From Squalus acanthias (Eukaryota), in assembly GCA_030390025.1 (NCBI GenBank), contig CM059440.1:8866001-8930000 (forward strand): a DNA stretch of 64,000 nt, read 5' to 3'. This document shows positions 26,671-37,611 of the stretch, one piece after another. Position 1 is the stretch's first letter. Every line of letters begins with the position of its first letter. A program made the translations under genes and the position numbers. The notes under the pieces were generated by a model. It was not told where the DNA came from. It saw only the letters and a list, made by a program, of their open reading frames with translations, and ran no database searches.

Positions 26671-27540
26671 TAATCAGCTTGCCATCTGTGACACTAAAGA
26701 GAATTTATGGTATGTTTTATAACTCGAACTCTCATCCCCCTCCCAATTTTTGCCTTGAAATTAAAATCTTGTTTGAGGAAGTTTGTGTCAATTACGTGAG
26801 CCAGTTGGTCTTTTTTCTTTGCAGTATTTGTTAGGACTTGCATGGTTCTAATGGTTTTGTTGAATAAAAGTGATTTTTGCAGACGTTGCTGTCATAAATT
26901 TAACCTTGTATGTCAGCACCCTTAGGGAGCCAGGGTTTGTAATGCTAATAATTAAAGAATAAATTCTGCTCAACCTCAGTCTTTGATCCAAAACAAAAAA
27001 TTGAAAACGTTGGAACAAAGGTGCTTTGATGGGACTCTTTTGCGATGTTACCATAAAATAATAGTCTAAAGAACATTTTTGCCATATTTGAATAATTGTG
27101 GAACCTGGTCATTATGACCTGCAAGTTCCGAGCTGTTCAGCTCCAACTAAGCGACTGGAAATTGAAAATGCTAAAACCTTTTTCATTGATGCCCATTGTG
27201 TTGATATTCACCCTCGGTGTAATGTGTGTTGCATGGAATCTGTTCTTTTAGCTACTTGAAAGTTAAAGGAAACAGTTCACATATTGAAAAATCTTGTATT
27301 GCAGTTAAAAGGATGCTGGTGACTTGAACTGACAGCATCCTGACAGTAGGTGCGAAGAGTTCAATGCACTTCACAGATATCAGGTTCTACAAAATTGGGA
27401 TGAAATTGAGAGCCCTTACAACATTACAAATCTCTAAACCAGTCCGAGTTGGAAGCTCTGGCGATAGAGATCTACTTGTACCGTGAACCACTTGATACTA
27501 GCCCTGGAGTGAGAAAAGCTCAAACTTACACTTGTTTTAG

Positions 27541-27704
27541 GTGAGGTAGAAATTGGCACTGCAACTTTGCAGGAAGTAAAACTGACTGGATCAGATGACA
27601 ATCTGGTTGACAAAGGTGCAGCTACAGATCGCTCTGCCAGCAAAGCCTGCTCCACTTGTCTTCCGCGGCCAATTTCTAGATGTGACTGTACTACAATGGG
27701 GCAG
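27541..27704 (+). other. Candidate exon (unidentified)
   Basis: Acceptor cttgttttag, stop-free frame xEVEIGTATLQEVKLTGSDD...CTTMGQ, donor cag|gtaaag; no homology recognised. Confidence 0.2.
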
Positions 27705-27854
27705 GTAAAGATTTTCTTCAAACGCAAAATGAAATTATCTATATGATCCCCTGCTGCATGTAAAAATGGTTCTGGATCATAGAAAACCAGTTTTTTTTTA
27801 ATACGGCCAGCATCGCACATGGAATAATGGGTCGTCAAAGTAAAACTATAGAGG

Positions 27855-28086
27855 ATAGCAAAATACTACGGATGCTGGAAATCCGAAATAACAACAGAAA
27901 ACGCTGGAAAAACTCAGCAGGCCAGGCAACATCCGTGGAGAGAGAAACAGAGTTAACGTTTCAGGTCGAAATCCTTCGTCGGAAGGGTTCCGACGAAGGG
28001 TTTCGACCTGAAACGTTAACTCTGTTTCTCTCTCCACGGATGTTGCCTGGCCTGCTGAGTTTTTCCAGCGTTTTCTGTTGTTATTT
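27855..28086. mobile_element. Penelope-like non-autonomous element as an inverted (hairpin) pair with hammerhead-like motifs
   Basis: 99-bp arms 27886-27984 and 27988-28086 with one mismatch; TSD taaaactatagagg at 27841-27854 and 28087-28100; cores ccgacga-a-gggt(ttcg)acct-gaaacgt. Confidence 0.85.
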
Positions 28087-28799
28087 TAAAACTATAGAGG
28101 CTTCTTTGCTTCTGAATTGGTTGGCTGCAAGTACATGTACAAGCAAAAGAAAAATGAAGGGACATTTATTTGCATGTCTGCAGTTTATCCCACCGACTAT
28201 CAACTTACTTTTGTTTCTCCAGGTTTCCACCATGGAAAGTAGTTTTTTTTTTAAAATATAGATAACGGTACATTTAATTGCCAATCAATATATAGTGTCA
28301 CAGAGGCTGCATCTGTTAGATGTGCAAAATAGTAGAATTATCTGCAATTTTTGGATATGTTGTTTATAGGATATTTGCAGAAAATCCAGTGTGCTTCGTA
28401 CTAGTTCCATGAAATCTTTTGATTGTTGGAATTTAATGAAGGCCAACCTTAAGTGATACCTAACTGCTGTATTCTGATCCTGACTTTTGTTAACATTACT
28501 TCACTTGCTTGATGCAATGTACAGTAAGAGTTTTGTTCTCCGTTGATTCAGTGGCTGGGAAAAATACTGTGGTTTGGACATTCCTTGACTACTTGGCTGA
28601 CATATCTTTAACTGATCTAGATAGCTGCGGTGACATTTGATCTAAAAGAGTTTGCAGTGTTGTTTGTCTGCTTGCTTTTCTGAATGTTCAAAGTAACTGT
28701 GGGCACGATTGACCATACCGAGGAATTAACCATTCAAAACCTAGAATTAAAAGAGGCTTGCTTCACCATTGTGTGATCATGGCATCAAGTTAAAACTTA

Positions 28800-28890
28800 A
28801 AAAAAAAAAAATTGCTTTTACATAGCGCCTTTCATGACCTCGGGACGTCCCAAAGCGTTTTACATCCAATGAAGTACTTTGTCACTGTTG
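28800..28890 (-). mobile_element. Deu-SINE/L2-like 3' tail fragment
   Basis: atagcgcctttcatgacctcgggacgtcccaaagcgttttaca. Confidence 0.75.
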
Positions 28891-28973
28891 GAGGAAAGCC
28901 AGTTAACAAGCCAATAATTATGATTTGTGTTTCTTCTATCTGGGCTCCAAGGTAAGAATTGCATTTTTGTTAC

Positions 28974-29362
28974 GGAGTGATTGCTGCCAACGACTGCAGA
29001 AGCACTATCGTCTCTCCTCTCACTATCTCTCCGCACTGTCTCTACTCTCTCAATGATCCTTTTCCCAGCCGATTAAATCCTCACATCCTGCGCCTGCATT
29101 CTGTTCACCAGCCGCATGTGCAAACCGCAACCGACAGAGGACCTGATAGCGATAAACGCACTCCGTGAGATTACAATAAAAATCTCGCAATCTGACAACA
29201 TCCTAATATCACCTGCAAGTCACATTACAGACCTCGCAATTCCTGAAATTTCCACTCCTCACCTTTCTCACTAATCTGTGGGAAGTCCGGTGAGAACAAA
29301 CAAAAAACCACTGGACCCGCGCCTGCGCAACTACTTTTATTTCATTGGCAACAGTCGCGTCC
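28974..29362. mobile_element. MITE with 9-10 bp TSD (Mutator-like)
   Basis: TIRs ggagtgattgctgccaacga ... tcattggcaacagtcgcgtcc; flanks tttttgttac / tttttgttat. Confidence 0.6.
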
Positions 29363-31014
29363 TTTTTGTTATTTTCGAGAGATGGGGGTATAATTGAAAG
29401 AAACTTATTTCATCCAGAAGTCTGAATTGCAGTACATATGCATCAGTACAGTGGGTCATCAGGAGCCCCATTTACACTGAGAGAGAGCTCGAGGTTAATT
29501 TTGCACAAGGTTAAAGTTTTCTATGGAAACTCTAGTTTTAATTATTTTTAATTCGGAGTAAAAATCTGTTTGAAAGCTCACCTCAGTTATAGTTGCAATA
29601 TTTTACAGTTGTTTCCCACTGGAATGCTATTGCTTTATCTGGCTCCAGTTTTGGTTATCTGTTGTTTCCAGGCAGTGGTGTCTTGATGTGTGTCTCCACA
29701 TCGCAAATTTTTAGGTTTTCTTTTGAGTTGTGCTTTCATAAAGAATTTTCTTTCTCAGCTGAACTGCTGTTTGAAGGCTATGTATATACGGCAGCTACGA
29801 TTGTGGAACTGCCAATATCCATGTACGTGAAGCTCTGTTATGGCCTATCTGTCAAAAATTGGAAGTAGCACAAGCTCCTAAATTTGCAGAGGTGAGCCGA
29901 TGAGAGTGGAAGTCCAGTACAAGAGGGGTTATTTTAAAAACTTTTTAAATTTGATTTTTACATCGCCTGAACTGTCAGAGTAAACTATCCCCGAGTTCAC
30001 AGCATCTACAAAAAATTTCTGTCCACTTGAGGATGCCTGACACTTCAAAAAGTGTGGGGTTGTATGGCGGCACTGTGTTGTTTCTGGGAAGATGCTGATC
30101 TTTATCAAATGCAAGCGATCAGGGCAAGAAGGTTAGCAACAGAGTAAATATCTTAAGCTGTCAAGAGATTTATATGGTAGATCTTCCTAGCACACACTCC
30201 ACTAGCTTTCATTTCTTTCAAAAAAGGAAAAAGATTAGCATGATTGACAACACTATAAATCATTACTTTTAGAATTTCATATATATCTGTGTTTGACATC
30301 CTCCACTGTTGTTTCTGCTGAATATGCTTTCTTGGAGTATCTGAAAAGTCCATGTTCATTGCCTAAAATGCTCAGTTTAAACAGTATAAAATTACTTGCT
30401 TTATATCTGTAGTGAAAAATGGTTGATGCCTGACTAATGCGCCCATTTTGTTTATCCTAAATTTAATCTTGCATTCAATGATTCTTTGAAAAACAATAAA
30501 CTGTTCCTCTTCCCCCCCCCCCCCCCCCAAACCATGTCACTTTGAGGTTTTTTTCAAGTTTAAGAAAGGATTAATTAGAACTTGATCATTTTTGGGAGGG
30601 CTTGGAGTCTGATTCGGCAGGATGTGTTAATATACAAGGTTTTTTAAGTGGGGGATGAGGATTATTTTAAAGTTATACAAGGCACAAAAAGTTGGTGCTC
30701 TAGGTTTCACATTATTGTGTTGAAATTATTATATAAAGCAAAAGTCCACGGTTAATCGTGTTTTTAGTCATCACAGGTCCAGTAATATTGCTTCTATGGT
30801 AGTGTTAGGTACTGTATTATTTAATCAGTATGTGACTGGCCAGCCAGGTCATATAGAAGTTATGTCAAATTGGAATATGCTGGGCGTCGATGTCCAAACC
30901 ATCAGCAGCTGCCAGCACAGAAATTGCCAGAGAAACAGAACGAAGCCCCCACTAAAAACTGAAACTGTATATCAAATAAGATACCAAACCAGAATCTAAT
31001 CTCTATTTATAGAA

Positions 31015-31159
31015 AGATTTGAATAGATTTTCTCTGTGTTTATATTGTGAATTCTGGGAGATTCTCTCACTGCTACCCTACCTGAGGAAGGAGCGAACCG
31101 CTCCGAAAGCTTGTAAAATTAAATAAATCTGTTGGACTATAACCTGGTGTTGTGCGACT
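31015..31159 (+). mobile_element. Penelope-like element 3' end with minimal hammerhead
   Basis: 15-bp TSD tctctatttatagaa (31000-31014 and 31160-31174); aataaa..ctgttggactataacctggtgttgtg end. Confidence 0.85.
31079..31115 (+). ncRNA. Minimal type I hammerhead ribozyme motif
   Basis: tac-CTGAGGA-a-ggagcg(aac)cgctcc-GAAA-gct-t-gta; palindromic AGCT in place of stem III. Confidence 0.65.
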
Positions 31160-32714
31160 TCTCTATTTATAGAAGGGGTTGTAAACTTACTGAGCTTTGC
31201 TCTCCTAGTTTATGACGTCACCTGAACCACTCGATTAGATTACTGGCCAGCAATCGCACCCACAGCTGTCCATTATTCTATATTTATAGAATCATATAGT
31301 TTGCTGCTGCACAATCTAAGGAATGCACAGATAAAAGGAGGGTGCTTGTCTTGCTTGGTGTGGCAAGCCAACAAGTGTGTGAGTTTTCTTTTCAAATTGC
31401 AAATTGACCACCATACTTTTAACAGTTAGGCTTCAACTTAGGTTTGTTTTGGCCCCCAAGATACTAAGTTATCCAAGTTGTTTGGAACATCAACTCTAAT
31501 TGTTACTGGTTCCTTGAAATCACAGTAAAATTCAAGATTCTCATCAATCTTGGTTGTAATTTTTAACCTGGATGCTTAGATTTACTATTTGAAACCAGAG
31601 AACAATCATTAACTTAGAGGACTGATGCTAAAAGATCATAAATGTTTTAAAGAATTCAGGGCACTTGTTGTATTTTTGACCAAATCTATTGCACAATATG
31701 TTGGCAAAGATATGCATATATTGTGCTGGTACATAAATAATATGATTGATCCCCAGTTGGTCGCTGGCAATTCGAGCAAACTAAAATATTGGAATGACAA
31801 TGGCATAGTTTTAATTAAGAACTACTGGCTGCTTTAAAAGTTAAGTGGAGTCTAAATTTTTGCACTGTTTTGCTTCGCTCATGTTCCTAAATTGCCCAAT
31901 TGAGGCCTAAAACCCTCCAATTGCCATGGGGATTTGAGATAACCTTGTTATTTCAAACCCAAATACTGGTGAGAATTTGTTTCTTTCTTTTCTTTAAAGG
32001 ATTAATGACCAGTTTCTCTTCTCCTTTTAAGACTTTGCATGCGATGGGGCCATGATGGAAGGGCACACCTTGTGAAAGATATTTTTGCTCTTGTGATTAC
32101 TCTTTGCATGTATGGGCGTTATTAAGGAAGACATTTGGTTCAAATTATTATTCCCCCTCCTCCCCTGCCGACCCTCAAACCAACCCTAGCGGTCAAGATA
32201 TCTTAACTTCAAATGAAGAAAATGCTATTTAAACAAATGATCCAGTTATCTGGAGTATGTTTCATTTACTCAACACCTGCATGCAGTTTATCTGTACTGT
32301 TAATTTAGATGAACTGTACTTCAAAGGCTTCTTTTATTTCTCTCATCAAAGTCTGTAGTAGAGGTCACAATAGTGCTGAGCCCATGAGAACAAGGTACAA
32401 TCCTGTTAGGAATTAATGCTGAGCAGTAAGCATGATTAAAGAAATCACATTTTATATTCTTTGGACCACGTGTGCAACAATTTGGCACTAAACAATAGTT
32501 TGAGACCTGCTGCTTAATGAAGAATGGGTAGTAGATTAGAGTACAACTAGAAAGTGGGTCTGCACTCCGAGTTTATGAAGTCTAAATAAATATGCTGCAA
32601 AAATCAAATTAACAAGCCACTAGCGCATTTACTAACATTTTTAAGAAGCATATACATCAAGTAAAATATTTCTGTTATCAGTTACGAGTGAGTAGTTAAA
32701 CCCTATGTTGGTGA

Positions 32715-32860
32715 TTCCCTACCGAACACCATTGTGGGACTACCATCAGCACGAGGACTGCAGTGGTTCAAGAAGGCCCATCGTCATCATCTCGGGACAA
32801 CGAGGGATGACCAGTAAATGGAGCCTTGGCAGCATAATCCACTCACAAATAATAAAAAAT
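32715..32860 (+). mobile_element. Degraded 3' end of the second LINE family
   Basis: ccctaccgaacaccattgtggga...ggactgcagtggttcaagaaggccc matches the reverse of 6535-6860. Confidence 0.7.
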
Positions 32861-33859
32861 GCCCTGCAGTAGTTCTGGCTGACTGTCTTCCCCGAGGAGA
32901 CACATTATGTAAAACACAATGAAGTTTTGACACCAACAATAGCTTAGATCTCTGGTCTGAGTTGGAGGGATTTTATTTTAAGTCACTCTGAAGGAACTGG
33001 AGGAAATTGAGGTCGTCATGTTTTACCAAAATATTCAATATGTAAGAACCACTTCTAAACATTGAGACCCCACTTGGATCACTAAATTAAAAAAAAATCC
33101 ACATCATAATCCCATTAATCCTTTAAAGTGTTTGCAACTTGCAAGTCCACAATCATTCAACAGGGGAAGGTTTAATGTTACTAGGTTTTATACAGGATTT
33201 AAGTTTCCACTTCATGCACTGACTGCCTGTTTTTTAATGCATATTTTGAGGAGCTGCTTATGGCTTCCTCCCCCCGCCCAAAGAGACTTAATTTAGAAAC
33301 GATTAACAAAAATGTAGTAATCTTAAGTCTTCCTGCCTTCAGTAATCAAAAACAATGTTTTCTTCTTCAAACCTCCGCATAAATTGAGACCTCTGTATAC
33401 AGTAATTATAGTGTCAATGTAGCCACATTTCTTGCTGAAGATCATAAAGCTTCAGCCAATCTACAGGGAGGATGCACTATAGCTTTGCGTTTCATGGTGA
33501 GTTATTCTGTAGTGGCAAAATCCCTCGTTAAAATTTTGTTTAGACTACATAATGACTACGTAAGTATATGAAGCAGCAACTGGATAAGCAAGATTATGCA
33601 TGACTAAGATTTACTGGCGGCAGCCTGGGGATGAGTTCTTCATTTGTGTCTTGCTGGGAAAACTGAAAGCCTTTGAAGTTTCCTATCATTGCTGGATGAT
33701 GTGCTTTGAGGACATTTTTTATTGAATTTGGCACTATGCTTTTAGACTAAATATATAACTGGATGCCTGCTATTATCCTAAAAGTAGTAAATGTCTTTGC
33801 TTGCGATTAAGGGTTCTGCTGTTTGAGTGCTTTAACTTCACAGTGAAATAAACGGTTGT

Positions 33860-33876
33860 TGCCACTAGAGGGCAGC
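33860..33876 (+). promoter_or_regulatory. Candidate CTCF site
   Basis: tgccactagagggcagc is a near-consensus CTCF core. Confidence 0.65.
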
Positions 33877-34447
33877 GAAACTCAAGTCCTTTTTAGCAAT
33901 GCAATTTTTGCCATAAACTGTTGCAAGCTTGTCAGAGTTAAAGGGCATCATCCTAGTTCTAAAGATGACAGTAATTCTGTACAGGAACTGTTTTAAATGT
34001 ATCCACTGTTTTCCAACTGCTCTGTTTTTTTGATAAATTGAGAGAAATTTATCATTATTTCAACCTTTATGTAAAAAATGATCCAAGCGAGAGCTCCAAT
34101 TCTTAATGTTTGGATTCGGTTTGAAATCTGTTCACGTCTCTCTTTCATGGGGTCTTAGAAACTTGCTTAAACTTAATGCATGTTTTTAAGGTTTATATCT
34201 GTCGCTGTCACCTAAGGAAGATCCCCAGTATTGAGAGTTTCTTTTGGGCCAAATGAAATAGTTGTGTCAGTGAAATTGGATTGATTTTAGATGGTGATAA
34301 GCTATATACTTGTTCAAAAGTACAACAATTTACACTGATATAGCATTTCTCAACTAAAGGAATGTACTTGACAGGAAGAGATGAACACTGAGCAGAAGGT
34401 GACAGCATTAGCGGGAGAGACACATCAAAACTACATTAAAGAGCTTC

Positions 34448-34543
34448 TCTCTGTTTCTCTCTCCACGGATGCTGCCTGACCTGCTGAGTGTTTCCAGCAT
34501 TTTCTGTTATTTCAGATTTCCAGCATCCGCAGTATTTTGCTAT
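34448..34543 (+). mobile_element. Penelope-like 3' fragment (same family as 27855)
   Basis: ctctgtttctctctccacggatgctgcctgacctgctgagt...agtattttgctat; degenerate TSD ttaaagag. Confidence 0.85.
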
Positions 34544-36404
34544 TGTTAAAGAGTTAAGTGTTTAGGAGACTTTTGAAATTAGGGAAAGAGGTAGCAAGGT
34601 GGAGAAGTTTAGGAAGAGACCTCCAGAAGGCGATGGTGTAATGGCTGTAAAGTAAACATTTAATTGAGTACATTGACTAATATTTCATTTTATGTTTCAT
34701 TGAGAGTTGCCTGGTAACTGAGATAGCACTGTATCTGCCATCCAACCAGATGTCCTTAGGTTTAATTCCCATGGCTACCTTGCTTATCCCTGCAGATGAT
34801 TGAGTTTCATCAGTTCTCACTCAAGTCGCTAGATGTGTGTTGAGTGTTTTGCTTTGGCAGGACATGTAGCCTATTGGGAAGAGGGCAGAACTGTCATGGT
34901 TTTCCTTCGTTGTAAGCAAAGGCTTGATCATTCATGCAGTGCAGTGTTTTCACAAGGTTTATCTTCACAAAGGTGGGGGGGGGGGAAGGGAAGTAGGAAT
35001 CGAGCGATATGTTTTTATTGTACAATTTGTTTCTTCTGTAGTACTGTTAATTCATCACCTCAAATTGCTCCCACCGTTACAATCACTAGTGAAAAGCCCG
35101 TTAACACTTGTATTTTATCCTAGTGTTACGCAGATCAAAATGCTCTTTCCAGGCATGACCCAAGTTTGGAAGGACAGAAACTAGAACTTTCCTGTTGAGT
35201 GTTTTTTTGCAGTTCAAAACTTTCACATACCTGCCATTGCGTTTTGCTGAAATCACAGTGACAGAATTGAAGTGGCATTGATGATGGGTTTGGAGTATTC
35301 CCAGGCTCAGATCGTGCCACTGTTGCAGCTGAAGTGGGCTATATTACTAAATGTCTGGGGGAAGAAGAGGGGGAAAATTCTGAAAAATTTCTCCATGCAT
35401 GCATTAAAAAAAACTTACAATAGTCAGCACTACAGTAAATGAATGAAGCTGAAAACTGTAAGCCTGAATAGGGCACATCTTCATACAAGTGTTATTGTCG
35501 CCTTTATATATAGAGCAAATTATTGAGGACACTATGTCATGAACTTCATTAAAATTTTAGAGCTATTCAGTTTTAAAAGGGATGAATTAACAGAAACTAA
35601 TATTAATAACCTTCCTTTCCATTGCCAGATTAAAACATTAACCATAAAACTGTTGCCGCTGCCCAAGGAGACATTCTACGTAGGAAAGCTGTGCATGTGG
35701 AAAACATTTCACAGGCTCTTTCTAATTAAAACAAGGTTATCGCAAGGAAGGCTTGAGAGAAGTAGAAAGTTTCTGTACTGTTTTTTAAGGGAGCGGATGT
35801 TCTTGTGGATCTGACTTGGTTCATATATTGAACCATGAGGGAGGAGGTTTGCTGGAAAGTAGAAATCTTGGAAAAATAAATGCATTATGACATGAACAGC
35901 ACTTTAAGACATCTGCACCTCTGGAAAAAGACTGTGTTGAATTGAAATGTAGCATTTCAGTTTTAATTAGGAGGCCCAGTCTGCAATTGGTTAGAGGAAC
36001 CTGGAGTGAAGGGATGGGAATCTTTTCCAAAATCATAATGATTTGCTTTTAAAAGACAAAATATTGGAAATGCACACACAGTAGATAAGTCAGCATCTGA
36101 TAACTCGGGTTATTTTTTTTTCTTAAATCGAATATGTTAAAATTTGCACTACCTTTGTGCCTTACTTATTATCCCTTTTTCTGCCTCGTTAGTATCAGCT
36201 AACTTGTCACAGAGCAAGGATTACATCTATTTGACCAGTTGTACTGCCAGTTTTACATCCGATGCAAAGTTGTGCCTCAATATAAAACCAGTCGTATGGC
36301 TCGATTGGGTCAGATCAACCAACTCCCTTCACGCTGCATCGTGACGAGTGGTGTGGGACGACAGAGAGCCCAGCGTGCCTTTGACTCTCTCCTAACATTT
36401 TTTT

Positions 36405-36514
36405 AATTAATTCACTCATGGGATGTGGGTGTCGCTGGCAAGGCCAGTATTTATTGCCCATCCCTAATTACCCTTGAGAGGGTGGTGGTGGTGAGCCGCC
36501 TTCTTGAACCGCTG
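36405..36514 (-). mobile_element. LINE/SINE shared 3' tail (second LINE family)
   Basis: gggatgtgggtgtcgctggcaaggccagtatttattgcccatccctaatt...cttcttgaaccgctg. Confidence 0.85.
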
Positions 36515-37469
36515 GTAAAAGTTAACTAGCATTTGAAAGGCAGTAGGCAGCGAGTCACTCGGGAGCTAGCAGTATGAACAGAATCTGCTGGTTCCACGTT
36601 GCACTCGCTAAGCATTGATCTGTAGTATAACTGGCTTCAGAAGTTGAAGGATACCTTGATGTTTGAGAAATGTTAACCTGCCTTCTCTAGCTGATGCTGC
36701 ATGACTTGCTTGGTATTTTCACCATTTCATGCTTATATTTGCTTTCCAGCCCTTATCTCTGCAAATTTATTTTCAATAGTCTCTTAAAATAATTTTACAA
36801 AAACAAAATTAGACTTATAAAAGTCAGGTATTAATATTTAAATATACTGACCAATATACTGGTTAACTTGTGACCTGAAGCTATGATGACATGACATGTT
36901 ATTGAAAAACAGCTAATAAATGTCTGCTGAATACTTCAGATAATATGTAACCTATTGTTTGTGGATGGTTGTGAGTAGCTCCATCAAATTATATTTTTAA
37001 ATAGGGATTGAGAAATCTTTATAAAATCCTATTATCTGTACATTATTAGTAAGTTGACTGAAAGAATTCTGTTAAATGTTGGTGTGTGCATTTACGATAA
37101 CAGTATCACTGGAAGCCTCTAAGGATTCCAGTTCTGTACTCATCTGGGTATTGTGGAATTGACCTCTGTTCACAGTATTTAGTTCTTGTTTCTTTTGATG
37201 CTGGGGATAATGGAAAACTATTTTTGTGAGGCAGTAAGAATTTTCATGAGGCTGAAACTAATCTGTTGAAAAAACATATGTGGGAGGTGCATTGTACCAA
37301 GTGGTACAGTACACCAGTTTTACTAATGGACATCTTCGTACTATAGCTTTTGATTCTGTGGAAAAAAGAACAATAAATGGTAAATCCCTGAGCCTGAAAT
37401 ACTGGTTCCTATTTTTTTTTTAACTATCTTGATGAGAATCACAATGATAGTATAGTATTTTGCACGTGT

Positions 37470-37611
37470 TAGAACATAAGAATTAGGAGCAGCAGTAGGC
37501 CATACGGCCCCTTGAGCCTGCTCCGCCATTCAATAAGATCATGGCTGATCTTCGGCCTCAACTCCACTTTCCCGCCTGATCCCCATATCCCTCGATTCCC
37601 CAAGAGTCCAA
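37470..37611 (-). mobile_element. CR1 3' end
   Basis: agaacataagaattaggagcagcagtaggccat...gatcatggctgatc. Confidence 0.92.

Noticed and set aside
27827-28261. Overlapping ORFs sharing the peptide ERETELTFQVE on both strands
   Set aside because: A by-product of the DNA palindrome, not coding evidence
29759-29891. Acceptor/donor-bounded segment
   Set aside because: Stops in all three frames and no other support
36630-36745. Very degraded Penelope-like remnant
   Set aside because: Hammerhead core lost; similarity too weak to annotate confidently
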